DNA of 63,115 bases, filler included, from Sphacelaria rigidula (lineage: Eukaryota), in assembly GCA_964200075.2 (NCBI GenBank). It is 7 parts of 7 records of this genome, joined end to end, with 100 filler letters (N's around TTAATTAATTAA, not from the genome) between each part and the next. Parts side by side here need not be neighbours in the genome. Positions count along the whole stretch, not along the records: positions 54,186 to 63,115 come from CAXNAA020009726.1; 6 more parts are not named here. One strand, 5' to 3'. A program made the position numbers and the translations under genes. The number at the start of each line of letters is the position of its first letter. Position 1 is the first letter of the stretch. Of the stretch, positions 62,950 through 63,115 are shown one piece after another. The notes beneath the pieces were generated by a model. The model was not told where the DNA came from and ran no database searches. It was given only the letters and a program-made list of their open reading frames with translations.

Positions 62950-63115
62950 TAGAAAGCTCGAGAAAGGGGACACGAACAACAGAAAAATAGCGTACGAACG
63001 GATATCATTGGACACCGAAGACAAACTGTTACAAAACGAAACAGAAGAAAAAAACACACACACACACACACACACACAAGAACAGAAGGGTGGGTGGGTG
63101 GGGGGGTGTACTCAT

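Overview
Eukaryotic genomic DNA, most likely from a brown alga (Phaeophyceae). This is inferred from an EsV-1-7 repeat gene, short exons with long introns and a stramenopile-like ADP/ATP carrier. The window is not one locus: seven contigs of 8932-8930 bp (1-8932, 9033-17963, 18064-26994, 27095-36025, 36126-45055, 45156-54085, 54186-63115) are joined by artificial N44-TTAATTAATTAA-N44 linkers, so neighbourhood across linkers means nothing. Genes: an EsV-1-7 Cys/His tandem-repeat gene with two in-frame stops (contig 1); a ubiquitin-like exon (contig 2); 11 exons of a large PA14/filamin-repeat protein (contig 3); a probable myosin first exon (contig 4); a complete 5-exon ADP/ATP carrier (contig 5); part of a FAM135/ZW18-like gene with a GC-AG intron (contig 6). 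The rest is dense in non-autonomous mobile elements: several MITE families with readable TIRs and TSDs (some nested), tRNA-derived SINEs, an RTE-like LINE remnant, and an abundant ~100-bp element tied to G/C homopolymer tracts. The best candidates for novel biology are the EsV-1-7 array (possible modular recognition protein), the G-tract-associated element and the filamin repeats carrying a nested domain.
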